Position numbers and translations under genes: made by a program
Assembly: GCA_965368405.1 (NCBI GenBank)
Contig: CBDUMS010000005.1
Location: 2,128 to 66,127, forward strand
Source of the DNA: an uncultured Cyclobacteriaceae bacterium
GTDB taxonomy: Bacteria; Bacteroidota; Bacteroidia; Cytophagales; Cyclobacteriaceae
Direction of reading: 5' to 3'
DNA: 64,000 nt
In this document: positions 50,837 to 61,387 of the stretch, in pieces
Layout: every line of letters starts with the position of its first letter
How positions within the stretch are numbered: position 1 is the stretch's first letter
The notes under the pieces: model-generated
Database searches by the model: none
What the model saw: only the letters and a program-made list of their open reading frames with translations
What the model was told of the DNA's origin: nothing

Positions 50837-52225
50837 CTAGTTAGTTAGATCGCGCTCTATTTCTTCTAGAGACTTTCCTTTTGTTTCTGGCAACTTACTC
50901 TTTATAAAGAGGTAACCTAATAAACAAATACCGCTATATAACCAGAAAATCCCATAAGAACCTAGGACATTGTTGAGGATTGGAAAAGTAAATGTTAAAA
51001 CAAATGATGCTATCCACAAGGAGAGCGTTGCAATAGACATAGCGACTCCCCTAAGTCGGTTAGGAAAGATTTCGGATAATACCACCCACGTTATTGGAGC
51101 CAGAGACATCGCATAAATACCTATAGATAATACCACCAGAATTAAGATAGGTAGGCCATTCCAACCCATAAAATAACTTAGTCCCAAAACCATATATACT
51201 AGTGCCAATCCTAAAGAGCCAAAGAGCATCAATTTTTTTCGCCCCAAAGAATCTACCGTATTCATTGCTATCAAGGTAAATATAAGATTTACACTACCCG
51301 TAATTACGATATTGAACAGCATATCACCAACAGTATATCCTGCGGCGGTGAATATCTCCTCTGCATAATTGAATATAATATTTATTCCACACCACTGTTG
51401 AAAAACTGCAAGGACAATACCTAAAAGAAGGATAGGTCGAATTGACTTCGTATTTAAATCACTTAGCGCAACTTTCCTTGTATCACTAAACGAAAGTTTA
51501 ATTAATTCTATTTCCTCTTTGGCATAAGACGCCCCGCCGATTCTCTGGAGAATACCTTCTGCCTTTTCAGATCTTGCAGATTTCACAAGGAATCGTGGGC
51601 TCTTGGGTATGAAAAATAAGAGAATAAAGAATCCAATAGCGGGTACAAGTTCTGCCCAAAACATCCATCGCCAACCGCTCGTTCCATTCCACGAAGTTAA
51701 AATATCAGCTGATGAAAAAGTATCAGGAATTGGTTCAGCAATCAAATAGTTACAGATTTGGGCGGCCAAAATCCCAATCACAATCGTAAGCTGGTTGATA
51801 GCGACAAAACGGCCTCTAATATGAGCAGGCGATATTTCGGCAATATACATTGGCGAAAGCGTCGATGCAATACCAATGCCGACACCACCAATTAACCTAT
51901 AGATAATAAACAACGTAAAGTCATTCGCCGCTCCACTACCGTAGGCGGATATAATAAATAGGCCTGCCGCCAGAATAAGTGGCTGCTTTCTACCATATCT
52001 ATCAGATAAAAACCCAGAAGTGAGTGCTCCAAATATACACCCTATAAGAGCACTACTCATAGCCCATCCTTGTAAGCTAGGTACATCTTGAATTTGATAA
52101 TATAATTCGTAAAAAGGTTTTGCTCCTCCAATGACAACCCAATCGTACCCAAAAAGAAGGCCTCCTAAGGCCGATGTTAGCGCCAATGATAGAAGGTAGG
52201 TGATATTAAATTTTTGCTCAGCCAT
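50837..52225 (-). CDS. Sugar porter family MFS transporter (GalP/XylE-like sugar:H+ symporter)
   Basis: Sugar-porter signatures LSDRYGRKQPL, PKSPRFL and PETKGKSLEEIE, with about 12 hydrophobic segments. Confidence 0.9.
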   Translation of the reverse strand: MAEQKFNITYLLSLALTSALGGLLFGYDWVVIGGAKPFYELYYQIQDVPSLQGWAMSSALIGCIFGALTSGFLSDRYGRKQPLILAAGLFIISAYGSGAANDFTLFIIYRLIGGVGIGIASTLSPMYIAEISPAHIRGRFVAINQLTIVIGILAAQICNYLIAEPIPDTFSSADILTSWNGTSGWRWMFWAELVPAIGFFILLFFIPKSPRFLVKSARSEKAEGILQRIGGASYAKEEIELIKLSFSDTRKVALSDLNTKSIRPILLLGIVLAVFQQWCGINIIFNYAEEIFTAAGYTVGDMLFNIVITGSVNLIFTLIAMNTVDSLGRKKLMLFGSLGLALVYMVLGLSYFMGWNGLPILILVVLSIGIYAMSLAPITWVVLSEIFPNRLRGVAMSIATLSLWIASFVLTFTFPILNNVLGSYGIFWLYSGICLLGYLFIKSKLPETKGKSLEEIERDLTN

Positions 52226-52227
52226 GA

Positions 52228-53754
52228 TTAGATTTTTCCTAGGATAGTTGTCACAGACCGCTTAGGCAACTTAATCGTCTTACCTTTTAATTCATACAGG
52301 CTCAGATCATTATGCTCATCGGTCAAATAAGCACTAGTTACTTCAATTTCCGAAGAAATCGAAAGCTTTTCGGCATCATCACTATAATTAATTAGTACAA
52401 GAACGCAGTCTTTATCTTTCTTAAAAGCGGCTATATCAATTTTTTCATTATCGTGAATAACCGCGTCCACCCTAACCATTCCCGGTCTTACAAAGCGTGA
52501 AAAATTTCCTAATGTCCAAAGAAGTTTACTCTCACGAATCTGCCCATTAAAAACCATTTTTTCACGATTAAAAAGATCAGACTCATCGCCCGTATCAAGA
52601 TAAATCAATCCATCCTTATAATCAAATGTGGTAAGAGCTGTCCACCATTGCCAACTACTTGCATTAGCAATTGTGATATCTGAATGAATGACGCGTGCTA
52701 CATAAAGTGCTGTCCCCATACCAAGATCTCTCACATTGCCATTTCCTATTTCATCGGATTCTTCTAAAATACAGAACTCAGTTTGCCAATAATCTAAGGA
52801 GTCCAGCTCATCTAGTTTGGCTCGAAGCATCTTTCTGGTATCTATTTGCTTAGCTACAGGCCAGGTAGTGAAATAACTATGACCTGAAATCGTATTTTCA
52901 ACTTTTGGAAGGTGAGATAGGTTCAATGCAGAATTGTCACTAAAGAAAACAGTGGCTTGATCCCCACTTGCATGATATTTGTTATAAATAAACTGAATAT
53001 CTGCCGCTTCACTTATAACGATCGATGTATTAAGTTGTCTCGATTGTATTTCTTTTGAAAGATAGTTTACAAACAAATAAATATCTTCATTCGTTGCCGC
53101 CGTGCCTTCTTGGCTGGCTTTAGACCAGTCCCATTGAGGTTCGTTAATTGGACTCAAATAATCAAACCTCATTCCTTCTTCTTCAAAGTGCTCCATGATT
53201 TCGGCCAGAAAAATGGCATAATCATCATAATGACCAGGCTTTAAGTTGATTCGTTCATCGTTATTTATGGAATAGGCTTTTCCATTGATGGCATATTGTA
53301 CTGGAGGAGCTATTGTAAATGCTAAAAATCGCTCTACGCCTCTCTTATGAGCTGCTCTTAAGAACCACTGCTGCCCAGCTTGTTTATTCCAATTATAGGT
53401 GCTGTCTTCCTGGAGGAAACTTTCGGCCCTCCGCCACTTGTTCTCTATATTTGAATTATCGCCTTGCTCCATACTACCAGCTCCAATGTAAAAGCGCCAT
53501 AGCGATAGTCCTATGCCAAGCGGATTCCCTTTTTTGTCAAACTCCTTACTAAACAACAAGTCAGCTATTCTCTCTCGTTTTTCTACTGGCCAATTCTGAC
53601 CAACAAACTGAGCACGCCATGCATCTGAAGCACCGAAGCTATGCATGGTCTGGTAATGAACTTCAGGATAAATAGAAATCTCCTGGCTCTGAACAGAGAC
53701 ATGAGTAAAGAGCATAGCAATAATTGCGAACATCCGGTTCCTAGACCTACTCAT
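52228..53754 (-). CDS. GH30 family glycoside hydrolase (periplasmic type signal)
   Basis: MHSFGASDAW, LSPINEPQWDW (acid/base) and WQTEFCIL (nucleophile), plus a C-terminal beta-sandwich. The start overlaps the upstream paralogue's stop as TAATG. Confidence 0.7.
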   Translation of the reverse strand: MSRSRNRMFAIIAMLFTHVSVQSQEISIYPEVHYQTMHSFGASDAWRAQFVGQNWPVEKRERIADLLFSKEFDKKGNPLGIGLSLWRFYIGAGSMEQGDNSNIENKWRRAESFLQEDSTYNWNKQAGQQWFLRAAHKRGVERFLAFTIAPPVQYAINGKAYSINNDERINLKPGHYDDYAIFLAEIMEHFEEEGMRFDYLSPINEPQWDWSKASQEGTAATNEDIYLFVNYLSKEIQSRQLNTSIVISEAADIQFIYNKYHASGDQATVFFSDNSALNLSHLPKVENTISGHSYFTTWPVAKQIDTRKMLRAKLDELDSLDYWQTEFCILEESDEIGNGNVRDLGMGTALYVARVIHSDITIANASSWQWWTALTTFDYKDGLIYLDTGDESDLFNREKMVFNGQIRESKLLWTLGNFSRFVRPGMVRVDAVIHDNEKIDIAAFKKDKDCVLVLINYSDDAEKLSISSEIEVTSAYLTDEHNDLSLYELKGKTIKLPKRSVTTILGKI

Positions 53755-55388
53755 TAGTTAAGTTTACCTACGAGAGTTACTATAGACTTTCCCTTAATTT
53801 TTATGTCAGCAGCATTTACCATGGAGTATGTCAAATTATTTGTCTGATTTGTTAAGTACATATCAAATGTATCTTCACTTACCGTGAACCCATCACTCGT
53901 TCCATAGTTCAGGATTGGCACAGTTATGTTGTCATTACTATAATTTACAAAAACAAGTACCAATTCTTCTTCCGTAGGCGATACAAATGCCGATACCATA
54001 AGATTTGCAGCCTCCAGTTCAAGGCTACCAAATAAGTCGTTTGAAACATCTACTCTTTTAAATCCTGGGCGAATAAAACGGCTAAAATTACCGAATGCCC
54101 ATAGGTTCTTTGTCACCTCAATTTGTCCGGATGAACTTGATCTTGACTCCGAATCAGGATACCAATTCATTAGACCAAATCGGTACTTATGGTCTCCGTA
54201 TTTCGGATAACTCAAACTTGTCCACCATGACCATCCTGTTGCATTGGCAATTGTCAGATCCCAATGCATAATTCTTGCAATCCAAAGTGAGTAATCAATT
54301 TCATTTAGATCCGATTGATTTCTCCCTTCCAAATAATCACCTCCCAATATCGAATATTCTGTTTGCCAAAAACTAATGCCTGAACTCTGGTTTGCCGACA
54401 ATAGATTCTGCCTATTCTTAATCCCTGCATTAGTTGAACTATTAGACCAGTAACTGTGACCCGCCACAAGTCGTTCTACAGTGGAAAAATCACCAAGGTA
54501 GTTAGCACTGTTTTGATCCCAAAAGGCTCTTACCTGATCAGAGGCATTAGGATAATTGTTTTTATACGAATGAAGAGCACTTAGATCTCCAGACTCCGGA
54601 ATTATGATTTTTGTTGCTATGGCATCATCCAAAAACTTAGCATTTATTGCTTCTACTAAATTATAAGCTTCATCATTAGAGCACCTTGACCCTTCCTGCT
54701 TAGAAGATCCTACTGTACTTAACCATTCGTACTGCGGTTCGTTTATGGGGCTTACATAATTAATCTGAATCCCCTGCGCAGAATGATATTGAACATATTC
54801 TGATATGTAAGCTGCAAAATTGCTATGTTCATCTTCCCTTAGGTTGTAGCCAACGGTACCGGGTGTAATAAAAGTGTAACCATTTTTGGTCATAAAATAT
54901 GGTGGAGATGTTATCCATGCTGTAATATAGTCCACACCAAAATCTTTAGCCTTTCTTAAAAACCATCTGGTACCCACCTGCTGTGACCAGTCATAGGTTC
55001 CATTTGGTTGAAGGGCACATTCGGTTTCTCTAAACCATGCATCAGAGGCAAAACCACTACTACTCATATTAGCGCTACCTGCTCCAAGATTTGTTCTCCA
55101 CATTGATAAACCAATTCCTTTAGGATTCCCTTCTTGGTCAAACGCCTGACTAAAAAGCAACTCACTAATGTTCTCTCGGTCGGAAACTGGCCAGTTTTCA
55201 CCTATAATCTCGACCGACCAACCATCAGAGGCACCAAAATGGTGCATCGTCTGATGGGGTTGATCGAAATTTACTTTTAACCCTTTATCTCCCGAACCAA
55301 ACTGCGGGTCGTTAGGGTCGGTAAAATTATCCTCGCACGCTACAATTAATACAGCGATATATATCAATAGAAGAGTTAAATATTTCAA
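53754..55388 (-). CDS. GH30 family glycoside hydrolase lipoprotein
   Basis: Lipobox LIVAC followed by EDNFTDPNDPQF. Motifs are MHHFGASDGW, VSPINEPQYEW and WQTEYSIL. Confidence 0.7.
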   Translation of the reverse strand: MKYLTLLLIYIAVLIVACEDNFTDPNDPQFGSGDKGLKVNFDQPHQTMHHFGASDGWSVEIIGENWPVSDRENISELLFSQAFDQEGNPKGIGLSMWRTNLGAGSANMSSSGFASDAWFRETECALQPNGTYDWSQQVGTRWFLRKAKDFGVDYITAWITSPPYFMTKNGYTFITPGTVGYNLREDEHSNFAAYISEYVQYHSAQGIQINYVSPINEPQYEWLSTVGSSKQEGSRCSNDEAYNLVEAINAKFLDDAIATKIIIPESGDLSALHSYKNNYPNASDQVRAFWDQNSANYLGDFSTVERLVAGHSYWSNSSTNAGIKNRQNLLSANQSSGISFWQTEYSILGGDYLEGRNQSDLNEIDYSLWIARIMHWDLTIANATGWSWWTSLSYPKYGDHKYRFGLMNWYPDSESRSSSSGQIEVTKNLWAFGNFSRFIRPGFKRVDVSNDLFGSLELEAANLMVSAFVSPTEEELVLVFVNYSNDNITVPILNYGTSDGFTVSEDTFDMYLTNQTNNLTYSMVNAADIKIKGKSIVTLVGKLN

Positions 55389-56957
55389 TTAGTAGCCCGG
55401 GTTTTGTTTTATACTACCACCTGACAATATAATCTCACTAGTCGGTATTGGCCACAACAAATGTTTGGCTGGATCAAATGTGCTACCCTTTGCCTGATCT
55501 TCGCCATTGTTAGCAAGTTCAAATGCATCAGTACTTTCATTGAGATTATACTGAACAAAAGTACCATCGCTACCCATAATACTGTTTATTCTGGGCACTC
55601 CATTCACTTTTTGTCTTCTTAAGTCGTATAAACGGTGTTGTTCCATTGCCAACTCTAATCTTCTTTCCTTCCATATAGCATCTCTCAGGTTATCTCCGCT
55701 CAATGCCATATCTGTAGTTAGGTTAACTCTGTCTCTTACCATTTTTAATTTATCTAATGCTTCAGAGCTGTTTCCAGCAAAATAGCTTGCCTCCGCATAC
55801 ATCAAGAGTAAATCTGCATAACGCATGAAAACATGGTTGTTATTTAAATTTCCTGGACGGTAAGGAGTATCTCTATATGCCTGTGGTACATAGAACTTTC
55901 TATTTATTCTAGCAGATTTATTTCTGTCTGGTGCAGCATCAAAGGCAGTAACATCGGGGTCATTAAAGACAGGTTCTCCATGTTTGATAATCGTATTTCT
56001 CAAACGAATATCATCACCTTCATCCAAGAATGCCTTTTCAAGATAACTTGAGGGCACACCCCAATTCCATCCGCCGTCAAAACGCGAACCTGTTGTTATT
56101 CCATAAAAATTACCAATGCTATACGTTGGGTCAGAACGGTATTTAATTTCAAATATAATTTCGTCACCACTCTCATTATTCAAATCCCAAATGTCATCAT
56201 AATTGGCTTCTAGCTGATATTCATTTGATTGAATTACATTATCCGCCATTGTAGCTGCCTCACTCCACCTTTCTCTGAACAAATATACTTTTGCCAAGTA
56301 AGCTTGAGCTGCTCCTTTCGTAGCCCTTCCTTGATCTACCGCTGAATACTCACTCTTAAGTGGCAATAGGTTAATGGCATCAAGTAAATCAGCCTCGATG
56401 AGCGCGTAAACATCATCTTCACTTTGTCGTTCATAGTTGAAGATTTCAGGTTCGAGTAATTCATTAAATGTAGTTATGATTGGTACTCCTCCAAAATTTT
56501 TAACTAATTGGAAGTAATAAAAAGCCCGGAGGAACTTCGTTTCTCCAAGTAGGCGATCGGCAAGCTCCTGATCAATCTTGGCATTTCCGACCTCCTGGAT
56601 GATTACATTACACCTGGTAATGCCCCGAAACTGGAAATTCCAAAAGTTCTGAAAATATGTAGATCCAACATCGACGTTATTATAATGCGCAATGCTAATA
56701 ATATCAGGTCTAGGCTGCTCTGTATTTCCTGCCCAACCATCGTCTGTTGCCATATCCATAATCTGACGATAGAACAAAATGTGATTCCAAACATCGGATT
56801 GTACTCCATCGTAAGCTCCATTAACAAAGTTTACAATTGCTTCTTCGCTCGATATAATCTCAGAAAGTGTTGGAGTAGAGCGTACTGGTTCTTCCAGGTA
56901 ATCTTTACAACTGAAGACTGAAAAAACCATAATTAATAATAATATTTTAGTTTTCAT
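55389..56957 (-). CDS. susD: SusD/RagB-family outer-membrane lipoprotein
   Basis: Lipobox VFSCKDYLEE. Typical SusD features are present (ADLLLMYAEASYF, ERRLELAMEQHRLYDLRR, and a C-terminus ending NPGY). Confidence 0.9.
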   Translation of the reverse strand: MKTKILLLIMVFSVFSCKDYLEEPVRSTPTLSEIISSEEAIVNFVNGAYDGVQSDVWNHILFYRQIMDMATDDGWAGNTEQPRPDIISIAHYNNVDVGSTYFQNFWNFQFRGITRCNVIIQEVGNAKIDQELADRLLGETKFLRAFYYFQLVKNFGGVPIITTFNELLEPEIFNYERQSEDDVYALIEADLLDAINLLPLKSEYSAVDQGRATKGAAQAYLAKVYLFRERWSEAATMADNVIQSNEYQLEANYDDIWDLNNESGDEIIFEIKYRSDPTYSIGNFYGITTGSRFDGGWNWGVPSSYLEKAFLDEGDDIRLRNTIIKHGEPVFNDPDVTAFDAAPDRNKSARINRKFYVPQAYRDTPYRPGNLNNNHVFMRYADLLLMYAEASYFAGNSSEALDKLKMVRDRVNLTTDMALSGDNLRDAIWKERRLELAMEQHRLYDLRRQKVNGVPRINSIMGSDGTFVQYNLNESTDAFELANNGEDQAKGSTFDPAKHLLWPIPTSEIILSGGSIKQNPGY

Positions 56958-56967
56958 GATATATAAT

Positions 56968-59900
56968 TTAAAAGCTCATGTTAAGACCAAGTAAGTAAAT
57001 TCTGGAAAGTGGATATCGACCATAATCAATGCCGAATCCATCTATTATTCCTCCAGAAACCTCAGGATCGAATCCAGAGTAGTTTGTAAATGTCAGAAGA
57101 TTTTGACCTGAGATATAAACTCTTAATTGCTTGGCAAATGGTAAATTAAAATTATAACCGATTTGCAAGTTTTTAAGCCTTAAATAAGAGCCGTCTTCAA
57201 CGTATAAATCTGATGACCTATTAAAATTACGGTTAGGATCCAAAACAGATAATCTTGGGTACTTTGCACCGGTATTATCCTCTCTCCACACATCGTTAAT
57301 AAGACCTGCCTGAACATTTTGTTGGGAAACACCAGAAATTCTATATGATTTGGTGTAGTTGTAGATATCATTACCATAAGTACCATACCACTGCATGTTC
57401 ATATCCCAGTTCTTAAATGTGAGGTTTAAATTTAATCCGCCATAAAAGTCAGGAAATGGATTGCCAATTGTAGTAATATCATCTTCATTAATAACTCCGT
57501 CGTTATTTTGATCAACAAATCTTATATCACCGGGCAGTGCAACCGGTTGGATCAGCGTTCCGTTGTCTGTAGAATGACTATTTATTTCGGCTTGACTTTG
57601 AAAGATTCCATTAGATTGATAGCCGTAAAACATACCTACTATCCCACCAAGTTCAGTAACCTTTAAATAATTATTTCCAAAGTTTCCGCGCCTTGCCGCA
57701 AGAATGCGATCATTCCCTGGTGCAAGTTCGAGTGCTCTACTTTCATTGGTGTTGAGTGTTAAAGTAGCATTAATTTTGAATTCGCCAAACTCATCGTTAT
57801 AGCCCAAATTAATATCTAAACCTTTTGATTCGAAACTTCCAACATTTTGCAAAATTGTACTAGGTGCGCCGGAATATAATGGCAAGCTTGTGGGAAAGAG
57901 TAAACCTTTGGACTTTTTATTATACCAGTCTATAGATAAAGTGAACATGTTATCAAAAACACCTCCTTCAACACCAATGTTAAGATCTTCTACCGTCTCC
58001 CACTGTAAATTTGGGTTACCAAATTGTGAAATGTAATTGGTTATGACACGGTCTTCATTTTGACCAAACACATAGTCTCCATTATCGACCAGGAACAAAT
58101 AAGCAGACTCTGGGATATCTTGGTTCCCGACCTGGCCAAAGCCAGCCTTAAGCTTCAAATTAGATACAAAAGAAGCATTGAAAAAGGATTCTTCACTAAT
58201 GTTCCATGCACCTGATACACTATAAAAGTTTGCCCATCTGTTGCTACTGGGAAATCTGGAAGATCCATCTCTTCTAAATGATCCTAGAATAAAATATTTC
58301 TCGGCAAAATTATACCGCACACGTCCAATATAAGATTGTAAGGAATTGGCACCTTCATTACCGTTAGCGTTTATTCCGTCTCCCGTTGTAGCATTTAAAA
58401 ACCTAAATTTTGGATCATTTAACAAAATATCTGTTCTACTTCCAGATATCCAGTTAATCTGATTACGCTCAAACACTATACCTGCTGTAGCACTTACGCT
58501 ATGCTTACCAAATGATTGATCATAATTAACAAGGTTGTTCCAAACATAACCGAATTGGTTCGTAAATCCAGAGTACACTTGACTTTCAAATCGCTCTTCT
58601 TGAGAAGGGAAAATCTGGAATTGTGGATTAAAAACATCGTTTCTATTTTGGCTTATATTGAGACCAATTTGAGAAGAAACGCTAAAGTTATCTGATATTT
58701 CGTAGGTTAATTTACTTGTTGAAAACAAGCCAAAGAAATAACTCTTGTTGAAATTTCGAGCTACAGCACCCACTGGGTTCCAAACAGTGTTATTTGATCG
58801 AGCATAAATACTAAATTCATTTCGGCCTTCTCTTTCATCAATAGGTATATAAACAGGTGTGAGAGGATCGATTGTAATCACGCTAGAAAATAAGTTTGGA
58901 GTATTTTCCCAATGCTCATATCTTGGACTAATATCTTGTCGGAAGAATAATTTATCCGTTATTGCATAATCGATATTAAACCTCGCAGTTAAACGCTCAT
59001 AATAACCCTTTTGTAAATGCGATTCATCTCGATAATAAGACATACTAGCGAGGTAATTGATTTTCTCTGATCCCCCATTAATTTGAAGATTGTAATTTTG
59101 TCTTGTAGCGAGGTCTTTATAAACTTCATTCCACCAATCTGTATCATTAACAAGGTTTGCCAAATCCCATAATGGAGGTTGACCATCGTTAGTTTGTCTT
59201 TCATTCATTACACGGGCATATTCGTCTGCATTAGCCAAGCTTGGTTTACTCAGTTCCTTTAGGCCATATGACGCCGATGCGGTTATACTCGCTTCGCCTT
59301 GCTTCCCTCTTAGTGTGGTAACAAGAATAACACCATTTGAACCTCGTGTACCATAAATAGATGATGCAGAGCCATCTTTAAGGATTTGCATATCTTTAAT
59401 ATCAGCAGGGTTAAGGAAGTTTAAATTGGTGCCTTCTGGTAAAGGAATACCATCAACAACAATAAGTGGAGCGGTACTACTTGTTGATACCACCCCTCGT
59501 ATCAGAATTTGAGGAGCACTACCTGGCGCACCTCCGGCATTTACTACCTGCACTCCAGATGCAAGGCCTTGCAAAGACTCCGAAACATTTGCAACGGTCA
59601 TTCTGTTTAAGTCTTCCGATTTTACTGTAGCTATTGACGATGACAACTCCTTTTTCGTAGCCGTACCATATCCAATAACAATTACCTCTGCCAATTCGGA
59701 TAAATCTTCTTCCAACATGATTTCTCCTAAACTTGACTGTCCTTGATAGGGAATCTTAATAGTTTTAAATCCAATTGAAGATATTATAATTATAGATTCT
59801 TGTCCTTGAACTTTCAAAGTAAATTTCCCATCTATGTCTGTAGTGGTTCCATTAGTGGTTCCTTCTACATAAATGGTCACACCTGGTACAGGGCCTTCTG

Positions 59901-59991
59901 AGGAAGTCACAGTTCCGGTTACTGTTCCATCTTGTGCTCGGGCACAAATTGCCAGTAACATCAAAGTAATTAATATCAATGTATTTTTCAT
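56968..59991 (-). CDS. susC: SusC/RagA-family TonB-dependent transporter
   Basis: 1007 aa. CarboxypepD_reg-like N-terminus (GTVTSSEGPVPGVTIYVEGTTNGTTTDIDGKF), plug (VIVIGYGTATKKELSSSI) and a barrel ending in F. Confidence 0.95.
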   Translation of the reverse strand: MKNTLILITLMLLAICARAQDGTVTGTVTSSEGPVPGVTIYVEGTTNGTTTDIDGKFTLKVQGQESIIIISSIGFKTIKIPYQGQSSLGEIMLEEDLSELAEVIVIGYGTATKKELSSSIATVKSEDLNRMTVANVSESLQGLASGVQVVNAGGAPGSAPQILIRGVVSTSSTAPLIVVDGIPLPEGTNLNFLNPADIKDMQILKDGSASSIYGTRGSNGVILVTTLRGKQGEASITASASYGLKELSKPSLANADEYARVMNERQTNDGQPPLWDLANLVNDTDWWNEVYKDLATRQNYNLQINGGSEKINYLASMSYYRDESHLQKGYYERLTARFNIDYAITDKLFFRQDISPRYEHWENTPNLFSSVITIDPLTPVYIPIDEREGRNEFSIYARSNNTVWNPVGAVARNFNKSYFFGLFSTSKLTYEISDNFSVSSQIGLNISQNRNDVFNPQFQIFPSQEERFESQVYSGFTNQFGYVWNNLVNYDQSFGKHSVSATAGIVFERNQINWISGSRTDILLNDPKFRFLNATTGDGINANGNEGANSLQSYIGRVRYNFAEKYFILGSFRRDGSSRFPSSNRWANFYSVSGAWNISEESFFNASFVSNLKLKAGFGQVGNQDIPESAYLFLVDNGDYVFGQNEDRVITNYISQFGNPNLQWETVEDLNIGVEGGVFDNMFTLSIDWYNKKSKGLLFPTSLPLYSGAPSTILQNVGSFESKGLDINLGYNDEFGEFKINATLTLNTNESRALELAPGNDRILAARRGNFGNNYLKVTELGGIVGMFYGYQSNGIFQSQAEINSHSTDNGTLIQPVALPGDIRFVDQNNDGVINEDDITTIGNPFPDFYGGLNLNLTFKNWDMNMQWYGTYGNDIYNYTKSYRISGVSQQNVQAGLINDVWREDNTGAKYPRLSVLDPNRNFNRSSDLYVEDGSYLRLKNLQIGYNFNLPFAKQLRVYISGQNLLTFTNYSGFDPEVSGGIIDGFGIDYGRYPLSRIYLLGLNMSF

Positions 59992-60004
59992 TTCAGGATT
60001 GTTT

Positions 60005-61372
60005 TTAGTTTGTTGGAATCATTGTGACCCTATTCAAATGCGTATCGAACGTAAGGTTATAAGTACCGTAGGATTCTGAGCCAAATGAGTAGGTTGCACC
60101 TCCACCAGGCACAGTGTATTCAGGTTCACTACCGTTATCAAATCTCCAGAAAGGGTTCCACCCAGTATTGGTCTCACCAAAAATGAAACTACCACCTGTG
60201 CCAGAACCGTCACCCGAAGCATCAAATAGTTCTATTACACCTATATACTGATACGGGTTAGTGCTATTTTGTGTAAGGATTTTTGCTAACGCTGGGTTCC
60301 ACCCCTCCAATTGCTCACCATTAATCTTGGCTCCTCCTGTTCCATGCACAACTACCATATCTTTTGGAGTATCTTCTGGAGTATAGGATTCAACAGTATA
60401 CGTTAGATCACGTGTATCGATAATAACCTCATAGTATCCGACCTCACTTAGTATTAGAGGAGACACCGTAGCACTTTTATTAACAATTAAATTACCCTCC
60501 CCATCAGCGCCAAGAGTTAAATGCTCAAACGTCTCTTTACTAGGCAGAAATCTTACTTCTGTATTTGCGACAGCGTTATAATAGTTAGCTCTAAATACCT
60601 TTCCTAAGCTATCAACTTGTGTATAACCATTGGTCAACATTGGGACTCCCATGAGGTCTGAAACAAGTTCAGCATCGGTACTCACGTCAGCCAAATACAT
60701 TTTTGCGAAAGGTTCAAACGCACCTATGGTAACCGTTTCAGTACTCGAATTTCCATTACCATCTATGGCTACTATTTGGAACTCATAAACTCCCTCACTT
60801 ACGAAATTAAGGTCTTTAGAATAATCGTAGGTTTTACTTCCAACCGAAACCTCTTCACTGAAAGTTGTGCTTGTGATTGAAACAGTTGCAATATTCATGT
60901 CATCAGTTATTGTGATGGATAATATAGCATCATTTCCATCACCCATGAACGCGATACCCGCCGCTGTATTATTCGTAATCATTGGTGGCGTTACATCTCC
61001 ATCTAATGAAATGGTAATTATGTGATCCAGAGCAACTTTATTGGTATTAATGGCACTCACTTTTATCTCATGCGCTGACCCAGCTTCTGCTGAAGCTGGA
61101 ATCTCGATCGTTGACATGAATTCATATTCCGTTTCACCATTTGTCAAACTTACTGTCTCAGACAAATTCCACTCTGCATAAGCAATGCTCACCGATTGCA
61201 AACCAACTGGATCCGTTGCTGTAACCGAGATGGTTACTGAACCACCTGGAAGTGCGCTATATTCAGAAAGCCCTGTAATTAGAGGCTCAGATGATGGTAA
61301 TACAAACTCATCCTCACAAGCAACCACCACGGTCAGTAAAAACAATATTGTAATAATTCTATACTTTTTCAT
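60005..61372 (-). CDS. Surface lipoprotein with Ig-like repeats and a C-terminal putative glycan-binding module (SGBP candidate); paralogue of 61388..62812
   Basis: Lipobox VVACEDE. Blocks shared with its neighbour are KMYLADVS, VSPLILSEVGYY, PFWRFD, VPGGG and FDTHLNRV. Confidence 0.55.
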   Translation of the reverse strand: MKKYRIITILFLLTVVVACEDEFVLPSSEPLITGLSEYSALPGGSVTISVTATDPVGLQSVSIAYAEWNLSETVSLTNGETEYEFMSTIEIPASAEAGSAHEIKVSAINTNKVALDHIITISLDGDVTPPMITNNTAAGIAFMGDGNDAILSITITDDMNIATVSITSTTFSEEVSVGSKTYDYSKDLNFVSEGVYEFQIVAIDGNGNSSTETVTIGAFEPFAKMYLADVSTDAELVSDLMGVPMLTNGYTQVDSLGKVFRANYYNAVANTEVRFLPSKETFEHLTLGADGEGNLIVNKSATVSPLILSEVGYYEVIIDTRDLTYTVESYTPEDTPKDMVVVHGTGGAKINGEQLEGWNPALAKILTQNSTNPYQYIGVIELFDASGDGSGTGGSFIFGETNTGWNPFWRFDNGSEPEYTVPGGGATYSFGSESYGTYNLTFDTHLNRVTMIPTN

Positions 61373-61387
61373 AATTCAATGGGTTTG

